Assembly (NCBI RefSeq): GCF_001194135.2
Contig: NC_068987.1
Span: forward strand, 104,264,568 to 104,328,567
Source of the DNA: Octopus bimaculoides
Taxonomy: Eukaryota
DNA length: 64,000 nucleotides
Reading direction: 5' to 3'
In this document: positions 1-12,726 of the stretch, in pieces
Numbering within the stretch: position 1 is the stretch's first letter
Layout: the number at the start of each line of letters is the position of its first letter
Position numbers and translations under genes: made by a program
The notes under the pieces: generated by a model
The model's database searches: none
What the model saw: only the letters and a program-made list of their open reading frames with translations
What the model was told of the DNA's origin: nothing

Positions 1-499
1 ATTCACAATACAAATAATATAGGAGTAGCACGTTTGATTGTCATTTCTTTTGTCCATATATTCAGCAGTTATGGTAGCTGTTAATCCTCATCAGCCAGAA
101 CACATTGCAGCCCTTTGGGAATTTGCATTGTCATGTGAGATTATATAGCAGCTCTAAATAGGCAAACGATGTTTTAGTAATAAATACATATTTTGAAATG
201 TGAAAAGAAACACAGAAAGAATGTACAATCTCATTATCAGAAACAGAAATTAGTCCATTGCAACATATAGTATATTGGTGTGACCTATTTTCGAAAAGAC
301 TTGAAATTTGGGATTTAAAAATACATTCACAGATTAATCTATTCAACTATATTGAAGAGAAAAGAATCTCTCTAATTAAGTTGACATCAGGTCAATAACC
401 CACTGTTTAGTGTATTGTGAAAACATATGACATTGTGTCAGTTGAACATACATATGGAAATAACAATATGTTATTAACACAAGCAAAAAAGATACAGGT

Positions 500-700
500 T
501 TCAAATTCTCACACAAGGCCAGCAATTTAAGGGGGAGGGATAAGTTGATTACGTCGACCCCTGTGCGTAACTAGTACTTATTTTATGAACCCTGAAAGGA
601 TAAAAGGCAAAGTTGGTCGCAGCAGAATGTAAAGAGTTGGGAAAAATGCTGTTAAGAATTGTGTCCAACAAGTTAAAGATTCTATCAACTTGCCACCTTA
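500..700 (-). mobile_element. Degenerate tRNA-derived SINE, family A
   Basis: Diverged reverse-complement match to the family-A copies at 3884-4112 and 55923-56140 (core GTCGACTTTGCCTTTCATCCTTTCGGGGTCGATAAA). A second decayed copy lies at ~880-1090. Boundaries are approximate. Confidence 0.7.
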
Positions 701-1460
701 GCCAAAAGAAATAATAAAAGAGAAAGTTTCTTTCTTATTCAACAAGATATCATGTTGTTGTATCATGTTTAGAGAAGCAAACAAAACAAAAAGTAGGAAG
801 AATTTAAGAAACCAGAGTGAGGTAATGAAAATAAAAGAGATATTCAGTGTAAAGTTGTACCATTTCATATAACTGTTTGAAGTTTTGGTGCATGGCCAGA
901 AGTTTTAGCGGGATGGGGAAAGTTGATTACATCAATCTCACTATTTTATCGCTGGTATTTTATTTTATCAACCTTGAAGAAAATGAAAGGCAAAGTTGAC
1001 CCCAGTCAACAGAATGTAACAGGTTAGAAGAAATACTACAAAGCATTTTGTCCCCCATTTTAATGATTTTGCAAGCTTGCTGCCTTATTATATCATAACT
1101 GCAACTGATATGTTGATTGCCCTTTAGGATTCCAACAAAGTAGGGAACCAAAATTAAAAATGAAATAAAGGCTGGTTTGTGTTTATATTCTTTGATGCAA
1201 GTTCAACAGTTGGTAACAATGTCATTTATTTTTCAAATAATATATATCTAGAATTGCAATATTTAATACTTTTCTTTTTAAGATGATACATAAAAGTGCA
1301 ATTTCATAGAAATTTTTATGGTAATTTTATATGGTCAAGTGACTACAGAGAGACTTTGCCATTGGTTAAATGCATTTTTTTTTAATTGATCAGCATGAAT
1401 GAGAAAAATACAGCTCCCTGAGTACACTTAGATACAATTCATTTAATATCATACAATTAC

Positions 1461-1592
1461 CTTGAACAGGACTTCCAGTGAGGGTCAACAAGTCTGAGGT
1501 TTCATTGTTGAAAATAGTGGCATCGTTAGAAAGTACATTCTTCTCAAGTAATCTTTGCAGTGATAATTTTATAAACCAATTGGAAGCTGGTT
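1461..1592 (-). CDS. Internal coding exon of an unidentified minus-strand gene: (E)PASNWFIKLSLQRLLEKNVLSNDATIFNNETSDLLTLTGSPVQ
   Basis: On the minus strand: acceptor ttcttttaatatttccag|AA and donor CAAG|gtaatt. The 132-nt exon has one open frame, phase 1 to phase 1, which matches the phase-1 donor of exon 10376-10506. Confidence 0.75.
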
Positions 1593-3109
1593 CTGGAAAT
1601 ATTAAAAGAAATTAGTAGATGTTAATAGAGCATTATACATGATATATTATCACCATCATCATCAAACATCCACTTTTCCAAGCTTGCATAGGTCAAACAG
1701 AGTTTATTTGAGGTAAATTTTCTTCTTGCCACTGACCATCACCTGTTTCTGGCCAAACATGTTCTTGTAGAATACTGGAAATGAATGACACTGCTTGAAT
1801 GGCAAAGACACTCATTCCCTATCATGTAATATCAGAACAAGCACGGACGGACGGATGGACACACGCATGACAAAACTTCTTCCAGTTTCTGTCTACCAAA
1901 CCCACTTACAAGGCTTTGATTGGCTTGGGGCTATAGTAGCAGAGACTAGCTGAAGGTGCTATGCAGGGCTGAACCAAGAACCAGGTGATTGGGAAGCAAA
2001 CTTCTTACCACATAACCGTGCCTGCATATGTATATGAGTGTGCTGTTAAGTCAGACATGGCCAGGACCAATATACAAGATTGAGACACCAGTTATTACAG
2101 TATTTATCCAGAGACAACATCTCTTATGGACTTGCTGTGACAAAAACACAATAAATATCAGAGAGACATGAAAATTCACAGCAGCAGCAGTGAGTGAGAA
2201 TGCTAGATGCATTTCAGCCCTTTTCAACTTTTTGAATGGCAAGTATACTCACAGCTAGACAAGAAATAGAGAACAGCAGATAAAACATTCACTGATGTTG
2301 TGAATAACTACCTGGCTGGTTATAAGTTTGGTGTACACAATTGAGGCATTATTAAATTAAAATAGCCTTCTATGTATCATGCTTAATATATANNNNNNNN
2401 NNNNNNNNNNNNNNNNNNNNNNNNNNNNNNNNNNNNNNNNNNNNNNNNNNNNNNNNNNNNNNNNNNNNNNNNNNNNNNNNNNNNNNNNNNNNNNNNNNNN
2501 NNNNNNNNNNNNNNNNNNNNNNNNNNNNNNNNNNNNNNNNNNNNNNNNNNNNNNNNNNNNNNNNNNNNNNNNNNNNNNNNNNNNNNNNNNNNNNNNNNNN
2601 NNNNNNNNNNNNNNNNNNNNNNNNNNNNNNNNNNNNNNNNNNNNNNNNNNNNNNNNNNNNNNNNNNNNNNNNNNNNNNNNNNNNNNNNNNNNNNNNNNNN
2701 NNNNNNNNNNNNNNNNNNNNNNNNNNNNNNNNNNNNNNNNNNNNNNNNNNNNNNNNNNNNNNNNNNNNNNNNNNNNNNNNNNNNNNNNNNNNNNNNNNNN
2801 NNNNNNNNNNNNNNNNNNNNNNNNNNNNNNNNNNNNNNNNNNNNNNNNNNNNNNNNNNNNNNNNNNNNNNNNNNNNNNNNNNNNNNNNNNNNNNNNNNNN
2901 NNNNNNNNNNNNNNNNNNNNNNNNNNNNNNNNNNNNNNNNNNNNNNNNNNNNNNNNNNNNNNNNNNNNNNNNNNNNNNNNNNNNNNNNNNNNNNNNNNNN
3001 NNNNNNNNNNNNNNNNNNNNNNNNNNNNNNNNNNNNNNNNNNNNNNNNNNNNNNNNNNNNNNNNNNNNNNNNNNNNNNNNNNNNNNNNNNNNNNNNNNNN
3101 NNNNNNNNT

Positions 3110-3322
3110 GTGTATATGTTTGTATGTCTGTGTTTGTCCCCCACAACATCGCTTGACAACCGATGCTGGTGTGTTTACATCCCCGTAACTTAGCGGTTCG
3201 GCAAAAGAGACCGATAGAATAAGTACTAGGCTTCCAAAGAATAAGTCCTGGGGTTAATTTGCTCGACTAAAGGCGGTGCTCCAGCATGGCCGCAGTCAAA
3301 TGACTGAAACAAGTAAAAGAGT
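3110..3322 (+). mobile_element. 3' half of CORE-type SINE, family B, adjoining an N gap
   Basis: Matches the 3' half of the full copy at 14507-14932 and ends GGCGGTGCTCCAGCATGGCCGCAGTCAAATGACTGAAACAAGTAAAAGAGT. Confidence 0.85.
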
Positions 3323-3883
3323 ATGTAATGCACACAAGTTCATAAATGAAGTCTTCTTAGTTTAATTCCTTTTTCCTGATATGGCTTTACACATAGAGTA
3401 AAGCTATATGTGTATAGTGTTGCTGTAATCTGTAAATACATACACATTAGAGTTTTGTTGAATATTTCCTGTCTTTTTAACTATAAAAAAATATGACAAC
3501 CTATTAGTAATTATACATCTTACTATATAAGAAAGAATGCTTTTTAAGATGCAAGCTTTTCTTTATCCCAAAGTGGTAATTACGAAGAGTAATGGTATCT
3601 GTCTGACATAAGTAATTTATAAATAGCAGAATCTAAAGAAACTAGTTTAAGTCTGTGTCAGCTATCATATAGTGGATATAAACAGTTCAGAAGTGGAACA
3701 CATTGGTTTGTTAGGAAGATTAGGAAAAGTCTAATGTTTTGACAAGTACCAGTCATCAGAGAGTCATAAGTATTTTATATAGGTACAATATTGACTTTCT
3801 GTAGCTTTTGGTTACAAAGCCTTTCCAGAATACTGGTTTTTCCAAAGCAGGGGTGGTCACTTTGGTTGACACACTCTAAATTC

Positions 3884-4112
3884 TGCGAGCTGGCAGAAAC
3901 GTTAGCACGCACGGGCGAAATGCTTAGCGGTATTTCGTCTGCCGCTACGTTCCGAGTTCAAATTCCACCGAGGTCGACTTTGCCTTTCATCCTTTCGGGG
4001 TTGATTAAATAAGTACCAGTTACGCACTGGGATCGATATAATTGACTTAATCCGTTTGTCTGTCCTAGTTTGTCCCCTCTGTGTGTAGCCCCTTGTGGGT
4101 AGTAAAGAAATA
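3884..4112 (+). mobile_element. tRNA-derived SINE family A, monomer with tail type b
   Basis: Head GCGAGCTGGCAGAAACGTTAGCAC with a B-box-like GAGTTCAAATTCC, then the central GGTCGACTTTGCCTTTCATCCTTTCGGGG domain, which from memory resembles the MetaSINE domain. More than 25 copies occur in the window. Confidence 0.9.
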
Positions 4113-4589
4113 ACACTCTAAATTGAATATTAAATTCATTTTAGATAATTAAATGATATACAAGTACCTCTACTTTAGTACAAATAATAAAGGCTTATTA
4201 ATATTCTACTGTGTAGAGTACCCATAAACTAGACAGGTGGCTGCGAGAATTTGAGGTTCCTGTTTGTAAATTAGGGTAGATGATATAAGAGGTTCTGGAT
4301 CATCATTGTTTCTACTTGCATTTGTCCTGAGACATAAGTGAATGTATACAGAAAGAAGAGGATAACAAGAAAAGAAGAGTTAGACAGACAGGGAGTCAGA
4401 AAAGAAGGGAGACATTTCAATATTTCTTTGTGCACATATCAGTAAGACTAAGCAAACATATATTATTGCATCCAGACATGCACTAAAATAAATATTGCAA
4501 GTAATGGTGGTATATGTTATTTAACCTACAGGTCAGCTATGATAATGCATTCCATCATCTTTTTCTCTTAAGTATACTTTATCTAGAAC

Positions 4590-5468
4590 TACATTATCCT
4601 ATATCATCATCATCATTTAATGCCCACTTTCCATGCTAGCATGGGTTGGACGATTTGACTGGGGACTGGCGAACCCGATGGCTACACCAGACTCCAATCT
4701 GATCTGGCAGAGTTTCTACAGCTGGATGCCCTTCCTAACGCCAACCACTCCGAGAGTGTAGTGGGTGCTTTTTACGTGCCACTGGCACAAGGGCCAGTCC
4801 GGCAGTACTGGCAACAGCCACACTCAGATGGTGTTTTTTATGTGCCGCCTCCACAGGAGTCAGTCCAATGTTTTTTTCTCATGCCACCGGCACAAGTGCC
4901 AGTAAGGTGAAGCTGGAAACGATCGTGCTCAAATGGTGCTTTTTACGTGCCACTGCTCTGGCAGTGATCCCGCTCGGATGGTGCTGTTAGCGCTCCACTG
5001 GCATGGGNNNNNNNNNNGGCACAAGTGCCAGTAAGGTGAAGCTGGAAACGATCGTGCTCAAATGGTGCTTTTTACGTGCCACTGCTCTGGCAGTGATCCC
5101 GCTCGGATGGTGCTGTTAGCGCTCCACTGGCATGGGTGCCAATCATCAGACCCAACAGGTCTTCGCAAGCTGAGTTTAGTGTCCAATGAAGGAAGATTGG
5201 CATGGGTGCCAGTCATCGAATTTGGATCAATTTCGATTTTACTTATGTCTTTCCTTTTTAATATGGCATGACGTGATATATATCATCATCATCATCATCA
5301 TCGTTTAACGTCCGCTTTCCATGCTAGCATGGGTTGGACGATTTGACTGAGGACTGGTGAAACCGGATGGCAACACCAGGCTCCAGTCTAATTTGGCAGA
5401 GTTTCTACAGCTGGATGCCCTTCCTAATGCCAACCACTCAGAGAGTGTAGTGGGTGCTTTTACGTGTC
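4590..5468 (-). mobile_element. Two SINE/LINE-tail elements, family D, with (GAT)n tails
   Basis: Two copies start with (ATC)n GTTTAACGTCCGCTTTCCATGCTAGCATGGG (at ~4600 and ~5283) and share CAGCTGGATGCCCTTCCTAACGCCAACC. Plus-strand relatives lie at ~7290-7465, ~10000-10250 and ~11690-11885. Confidence 0.75.
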
Positions 5469-7564
5469 NNNNNNNNNNNNNNNNNNNNNNNNNNNNNNNN
5501 NNNNNNNNNNNNNNNNNNNNNNNNNNNNNNNNNNNNNNNNNNNNNNNNNNNNNNNNNNNNNNNNNNNNNNNNNNNNNNNNNNNNNNNNNNNNNNNNNNNN
5601 NNNNNNNNNNNNNNNNNNNNNNNNNNNNNNNNNNNNNNNNNNNNNNNNNNNNNNNNNNNNNNNNNNNNNNNNNNNNNNNNNNNNNNNNNNNNNNNNNNNN
5701 NNNNNNNNNNNNNNNNNNNNNNNNNNNNNNNNNNNNNNNNNNNNNNNNNNNNNNNNNNNNNNNNNNNNNNNNNNNNNNNNNNNNNNNNNNNNNNNNNNNN
5801 NNNNNNNNNNNNNNNNNNNNNNNNNNNNNNNNNNNNNNNNNNNNNNNNNNNNNNNNNNNNNNNNNNNNNNNNNNNNNNNNNNNNNNNNNNNNNNNNNNNN
5901 NNNNNNNNNNNNNNNNNNNNNNNNNNNNNNNNNNNNNNNNNNNNNNNNNNNNNNNNNNNNNNNNNNNNNNNNNNNNNNNNNNNNNNNNNNNNNNNNNNNN
6001 NNNNNNNNNNNNNNNNNNNNNNNNNNNNNNNNNNNNNNNNNNNNNNNNNNNNNNNNNNNNNNNNNNNNNNNNNNNNNNNNNNNNNNNNNNNNNNNNNNNN
6101 NNNNNNNNNNNNNNNNNNNNNNNNNNNNNNNNNNNNNNNNNNNNNNNNNNNNNNNNNNNNNNNNNNNNNNNNNNNNNNNNNNNNNNNNNNNNNNNNNNNN
6201 NNNNNNNNNNNNNNNNNNNNNNNNNNNNNNNNNNNNNNNNCCCACCCCCACTACTAACTTGGTCGCCCAGATAGCGGAAGCTATCGACTACCTCTAGTTT
6301 TTCACCCTGGAATGAGATAGAAGTTGTTTCCTGTTTGTTTAGTCTTTATTGCACCTGAACATCTGCCACAAACAAAAACTAACTTGCTAGTTAACCTGCC
6401 TTTGATGTTGCTGCACCTCTTATGTGTCCATAGCTTGCACCGGGTACATCTTATAGAGTTACTACCTACTCCTTTTCTACATACTGAGCAGGGCCATCTA
6501 CCTAAAGGGGTTTGTGTTTTATCTACCTTCCTACTTATTAGGATTTATATATATATATATACACACATGAGATTCAGGAGGTCAATCAACCATGTAGAGG
6601 AGCATTTCCCAATCTTCTCTCTACCAGGGACCTTTTTTTTGTTTGAATGAATTTTCCCATGGAAACAAGTTTTTGAAAAGTCTGTATACTTGACAAATTT
6701 TGAACTCAGTTCCCTAGAACAATTTTTATGAACTCCATTTTGGGAATTGCTGACATAGAAGCTTCCTCTTTGTCTCATGTGTGTAATTTACACTAACACA
6801 GATCTTCAACCTGTGTACGACACTTTGGGCAAGGGGCTTCTACTGTAGCCCAGGCCAAGTAAAGCCTTGTGAATGGATTTGGTGGGTGGAAACTGAAAGA
6901 AGCCTGTTGTATAAATGTGTATGTATATGTGTTTGTGGGTACCTTTGTCTAGATGTCATGTGATGATTGTAAATGAGCATCGTATCATCATAAAAAGAAG
7001 GTTGTTTGTTGCCAGCCTTCCGTGGAAAACATATCTGGCTATGCAGAAATATTATCTTGCTTGAAAATAGGTGAGAGATGGCAACAGAAAGGGATCAAGT
7101 TGTAAAGAAAATCTGACTCAACAAATTCTGTTTGACTTATGGAAGCATAAAAAAGTGGACATTAAATGATGATGATGATGATATTGCCATACATATACCT
7201 CTATCTCACTATCTCAGATTGTTTGTTGCCAGTACACTTGCCACAACCTCTCTCTCACTTCTGACCTAGAGACAGCAATGAAGAGACAGGAAAATAGTAT
7301 TGATTTGCTACAACCTGGGAGGTTGGTGTTAAGAAGGGCATCCAGCTGTAAAAATCCTGTCAAAACAGTTACAGAAGTCTGGTGTAGCCTTCTGCCTGGC
7401 TGGCTCCTGTCAAACTGTCCCACCCATTCCAGCATGGAAGGTGGACGTAAAACGATGATGATGATTATAGATTATAGATTAATTAACCTGAGGTCATTAT
7501 AAAAATGAAGCTTTTAAAAAAAAGTTTTTGAAACTGAATTTTATTGTTTACTAACCAGATATGT

Positions 7565-7938
7565 TGTTGTTGTTGGCACTCCGTCGCTTACAACGTCGAG
7601 GGTTCCAGTTGATCCGATCAACGGAACAGCCTGCTCGTGAAATTAATGTGCAAGTGGCTGAGCACTCCACAGACACGTGTACTCTTAAAGTAGTTCTCGT
7701 GGATATTCAGCATGACACAGTGTGACAAGGCTGACCCTTTGAAATACAGCCACAGCAGAAACAGGAAGAAAGAGTGAAAGAAAGTTGTCGTGGAAGAGTA
7801 CAGCAGGGTTCGCCACCATCCCCTGCCGGAGCCTCGTGGAGCTTTAGGTGTTTTCGCTCAATAAACACTCACAACGCCCGGTCTGGGAATCGAAACCGCG
7901 AGTCCGCTGCCCTAACCACTGGGCCATTGCGCCTCTAC
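7565..7938 (-). mobile_element. tRNA-derived SINE family C with 12-bp TSD
   Basis: The reverse complement begins GGCGCAATGGCCCAGTGGTTAGGGCAGCGGACTC...GGTTTCGATTCCC (A and B boxes). It is flanked by AACCAGATATGT at 7553-7564 and 7939-7950 and is near-identical to the copy at 32674-33055. Confidence 0.9.
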
Positions 7939-8695
7939 AACCAGATATGTATAAAAAATTTTTTATATTTTTTAACCAGATATGTATAAAAATATAAAAA
8001 ACGCATATTAGGCATATTTGTATTCAGCATCACATATTCTGTCAAATGTGCAGAATGGATGTGGCTCACAAATTGGATTGCTGACTTCTGCTTTATATCA
8101 GAAAGACAGTTTTAACATTGAATGGTAGATTATAAACGGTTTTATTTCAATTTTTGAATGAAAGAATACATATGTTCTCTCTCTGTATACTTTATTTTGT
8201 TTTTATTTATAGATTTTAGTCATCAGGCTGTAACCAAGCTGGAACACTACAGCTGATGCTTTTCAGGCAATTGTATCACCCACAGTACTTAGGAATTACA
8301 GTTGATATGATTATGTTTATTAGTCATGAAGGGAGGCAACTGAGGTACTTCGAAGTACCATAAAGGTACTTACATTTGATGAACTAATTTTGTCTTTGCC
8401 ATTCAATAGTTACACAGTCACTCTTATACATATACTAACATACATACACATATTCAACAATTTAGCATTCGAATTACTCAGTCAAATGCAATGCTTATTT
8501 ATTCACATTGTTTTTAATTAATCATGCATTATCTCAAAGCTTTGAGATTTTCAATATGATTGTTTATTTTTAGAATGATATTGTAGGGTAGGTGTGAGAG
8601 GCTAGATCTGGCTGGTTTGAACATACAATAATATTTAGGATAGATATGGCCAGTTTGAATGCATTGTTTATGATTTTGTTGACTACACAGTATAG

Positions 8696-9172
8696 TAGGG
8701 TCAGTTGGGCACCGTCTGTGAAAAAAAAAAACAGCGCCATGGCAGAGTGAATTCCTGGCAATTCACTGTCAGAAATTTGGAAACAACATGCTGTACTGCT
8801 TGGCATTCGTGTCGGAAATTCCAATACGAACATTTCAGAAAGTTTGGGTGTCAATCTGAGGACAGTGCTGGGGATTCAGAAAGAGTTGGATGAGTCTAAT
8901 GGTGATTACGAAGGTACGGCAGCTCGGAAAACTCATTCTAATAAAAGAACTCCTGAATTTGTTGATGAGATCCAGGCCATGATTGACAACGATCCCAAGT
9001 CAATTAGGTCCATTGCCAGGTTACATAGGAGTGTCTGAGTTTCTTATCAGGCAAGTAGTGCATGAAGAAATTCGGTATTTCTCATACAAGATGAGAAAGG
9101 GCCAATTTTTATCCCAAGCTATCAAGGACAATAGGAAAGATCGCGCTACAAAGCTTTTGAATAAATGGCATT
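8696..9172 (+). mobile_element. Tc1/mariner-superfamily (maT/DD37D-like) transposase 5' remnant
   Basis: Frameshifted translation reads ...ISESLGVNLRTVLGIQKEL...KRTPEFVDEIQAMIDNDPKSIRSIAR/GVSEFLIRQVVHEEIRYFSYKMRKGQFLSQAIKDNRKDRATKLLNK. This is the typical HTH/linker region; the catalytic domain is absent. Confidence 0.8.
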
Positions 9173-9402
9173 TGAGTAATTTATAGCTACACAGAGTGGA
9201 ATATGTAGATAGATATGTAACCAAGAAGTTTGCTTTGTAACTTTGTGGTTTTGGGTTCAGTCCCACAATGTAGGACACTTTGGCCAAGTGTCTGTCTGTA
9301 GCCCTCGGCTGACTGAAGCCTTGTGAGTGGATTTTGTAAGTGAAAACTAAAATAAGACTGTTATGTATGCATGCATACATACATATACATATATATATAG
9401 GT

Positions 9403-9565
9403 GTAGGAGTGGCTGTGTAGTAAGAAGCTTGCTTCCCAACCACATGGTTCCAGGTTCAGTCTTACTGTGTGGCACCTTGGGCAAGTGTCTTCTATTATAG
9501 CTTCGGGCCGGCCAAAGCCTTGCGAGTGGATTTAGTAGATGGAAACTGAGACAAACCCATCGTAT

Positions 9566-9600
<35 letters not shown>
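9403..9600 (+). mobile_element. CORE-type SINE family B, 5' half ending in (CA)n(TA)n
   Basis: Head GGAGTGGCTGTGTAGTAAGAAGCTTGC and CORE-like GTGGCACCTTGGGCAAGT. Other copies lie at ~1875-2025(-), ~6800-7185(+), ~9205-9360(+), ~28515-28678(-) and ~37045-37285(+). Confidence 0.85.
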
Positions 9601-9610
<10 letters not shown>

Positions 9611-9909
9611 ATGGGGGTTTAGTTCACAGGTGATCTAAACAATTAGGTACGCTAGGTAAGTGGTGTAACGGATTACAGATTTCTGATTCAGCGGATATAT
9701 AATTGTTAAACAATACAGCAAACATTAAGGCAAGGCAAACATCTCAAGTTGTATACAAGATTATTATTGGAAAAAATTCAAAATCTTACAGCTGTTTCTG
9801 GGGTATCCCCAAGTACGGAATATTCTGTCATCAGAGACAAATAGGGAAAATGAGAATGGTATATATTAATATATATATGCCAGCATGGACAATGGACATT
9901 AAATGATGA

Positions 9910-9985
<76 letters not shown>

Positions 9986-10375
9986 ATGTGTGTGTGTGTG
10001 TTACGGTCTCCTTGCCTTAACATTGCATGATAGTCATAGACAAGTGTCACTGTCATGCAAGTGGTGTCCTTCATTTCCAATTTTTCATGAAAATATGTCA
10101 GTTTATAGGAAACTATTACCTTACATGGAAAAACAGGTAAGGGTTGGCAATGGGAAGGGCATCCCACTATAAAAGATCTGTCTGAAGAAAAGAAATTTCA
10201 TCAGTCCCATGTGATCTTGGAAAATGGGATGTTAAAACAACGATGATGATGATTTTCTTTCCTCACATTTTTTTTTTTTCACTATAATCTGTTTTATGAG
10301 ATTTTTTGACAGTATTGGAAAAAAAAAAAGCTATTCATCAGATTTCTTTGTTACTGAATAAACAAATGCTCTTAC

Positions 10376-10490
10376 CAGAAAGATTTTTTAGTTTATTAAG
10401 AACCTTCTGTCTCTTCAGCTGTATAGCATCAGGTTTTAGATTCTTAACTGCATATATTTGAGGTTCACAGATACAGCCACAAGAACTCAT
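10376..10490 (-). CDS. First coding segment of the unidentified minus-strand gene: MSSCGCICEPQIYAVKNLKPDAIQLKRQKVLNKLKNLS (exon 10376-10506)
   Basis: On the minus strand: acceptor atttttatttcag|GG at 10506 and donor TCTG|gtaaga at 10376. All three frames from the acceptor hit stops, but the ATG at 10490 opens a 38-codon frame that ends phase 1 and joins exon 1461-1592 in frame. Confidence 0.75.
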
Positions 10491-11339
10491 TGTGGGCTAA
10501 AGAACCCTGAAATAAAAATATGGTTATTACACTCTAATTAAACATCAGAACAATGTAAGAAAAAGATTAATTTTTATTCAGGCAGCCTGAGTTCAATTCC
10601 AATAACTAACTTTCAGCTTTGAACCTGGTGTCTGGAACCCAAATTGACAAAAGCTTCTTTCGTAAACTTATGATAGAAGGTCTAAATTTAAATATGAACA
10701 TTTTAAAATGGAAAGTTTTGTATCAAGGCTGAAAGGAAAGTGTCAAGTGGACTGATATTAAGTACCAAAAGATATTTCCACTTTTTCAACTGAGAGCACA
10801 GAGTAGTGGGGCAGATGAGCTTCAGTATGTGAGAGTTAAAACAAAATTAAACTAAAATTCACATAGGCTCACATAATTAGAATCATGAGGGCATTAGAAA
10901 AATTGTTTTGCAGCATCTGATTCAATTTTTTACATTCTGAGTTTAAATCCTGTTGAGATCAACTATACTTTTCATCTTTTTGGGGTTAATAAAATAAAGT
11001 AACAGTCAAGTTACTGGGGTTAATATAATTGACTAACCCTTCCCTCTAAACTTGTTGAACTTCTACCAAAATTTGAAACCATTATATCATTCTTATTTTA
11101 CAGACCCTCCAAAAAATGAGGTTGACTTTACCTTTCGTCATTTTGAATAAAATAAGTACCTGGCAAGCACTGGGGTTGATGTAATCAAATAGACCCCCTC
11201 CCTCCAAAATTTCAGGCCTTGTGCTTTTGTAGAAAAGATAATTATTATCATTAGTAGTAGTATTTTCATATACTACTCTGACTTAGTCACTGGCACACTA
11301 TCCACACCCCACATCACCTGTGCTGCCATTGTTCACCTT

Positions 11340-11600
11340 CCTTTCACAATCCTGTTTTCTCCTGCAAACTCTCTTCGTGTTCACCATTTGGTTCTATCTC
11401 CATCCCTATCCATCAGCCACTCTCTTTTTGTATTCCCACGAACTTACTTACCACTCCTCTTATATCCACTTTCCCTTAAACTGAGGGTACACTCTGATAC
11501 ATCTTCACTGTCTTCTCTCATTTTCCAACTGGCATAGCCATGTTACACCTCTCCCGCAAGACACCAGGTTTGATCCCTCTAGCATATGATAACCTTTCAT
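11340..11600 (-). mobile_element. Degenerate RTE-like LINE 3' fragment
   Basis: The minus strand reads ...RGVTWLCQLENERRQ..., resembling the RLRWYGHV.RM C-terminal region of RTE ORFs, with multiple stops. Confidence 0.45.
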
Positions 11601-12434
11601 CACTTGGTATAAATCCATCTCCCTCGATACTAAACCCCACTCAGTTGAGGGGGTCTTCTCTTGAGAGTTCTTTTGTGACCTTACTAGTGTCAGTATCATG
11701 TAGAAAGCATCCAGTACACTCTGTAAAATGGTTGGTATTAGGAAGGGCATACAGTTATAAAAATGATATCAAGACAGATACTGGAGCTTGTTGCATTCCT
11801 CTGATTTGTTGGTTACCATCAAACCGTCCAGCCCAAGCCAGCATAGAAATCGGACGTTAAATGGTAATGATGATGATGATGAAATGTTGTTGACAATGGT
11901 CAAGAAAGTCCTGTTGCAGTTTCGAGAAGTGAGCTGGCATTTGACACTTATCTACTGCAGGCAATCACTTCAAATCTCTTTTGGAGCATTTGAATAGCCT
12001 GCAGTAGGTAAGCTGATGTTTGATACATAATATGGAAACTGTTAACATTGAAAAAAAAAAAAAAAAAAAAAATCAGCCAATGCTTTAATATATATATTTT
12101 TTTATAAATGGAAACACGAAAAAACGCCTGGAATTTTACGCAAGAACCCCCACCAAAAGGGAGGAGGTATAGCAAATGGATCCTATGAAATCAATTCTAA
12201 AGAAAATTATTTTTCTGGATAATATTGTCCTTAAGATCTAGGATTTACAATATGTAATCTGGAGCGTCCCTATTTTAAGGTATAGATTAGAAATTAGATG
12301 GGTTTGGTTAGGAATATTTGACAGCTGCATCAAGCTGAACCGTGAAAACACTTTTTCTTAATAATATAAAAAAAAGTTCGAGAAAACTGCAGCTGGACTT
12401 GGTGTTTATCACACGTTATCTCGCAGTAACTTAC

Positions 12435-12463
12435 TCTTCATGCTGCTTTTTAAAAGAGCCAGT
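12435..12463 (-). other. Candidate 29-nt 5'UTR micro-exon of the minus-strand gene
   Basis: On the minus strand: ctgtatttcaccctttatttttaag|ACTGGCTCTTTTAAAAAGCAGCATGAAGA|gtaagt, a strong acceptor and a consensus donor. Confidence 0.55.
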
Positions 12464-12726
12464 CTTAAAAATAAAGGGTGAAATACAGGGAAAAGTTTAA
12501 ATTTCCAAAGAAGTGCAGTTGAGGAGAAGAAGACCGCATGCAGTTCTCTATGAGAAGAGATTACTGGTTCAACACAGGTGGTTTTATGTTTCGAAATAAT
12601 TAACTTTTAATGAAGGGGAGTTAATTTGATTTGTTTCAGTGAAATGATTACATAAAGCTAGAGTTTATTCTACTTCGCTTTTGCATCTGGTTTTGCAAGA
12701 TTCTTTATGTGAATTCGTGTTGAAAC

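Noticed and set aside
131-346. 71-codon minus ORF as the next exon of the left gene
   Set aside because: The acceptor is phase 0, whereas the 1461 donor needs phase 1, and a phase-1 reading stops immediately. There is no recognisable protein.
4889-5136. Apparent ~119-bp tandem duplication around a 10-N gap
   Set aside because: Identical sequence on both sides of a minimal gap is the signature of an unmerged contig overlap.
8218-8344. Plus-strand exon-like segment (SSGCNQAGTLQLMLFRQ...)
   Set aside because: It is antisense inside the left gene's intron, starts with SINE-tail-like sequence, has a weak donor and has no partner exons.
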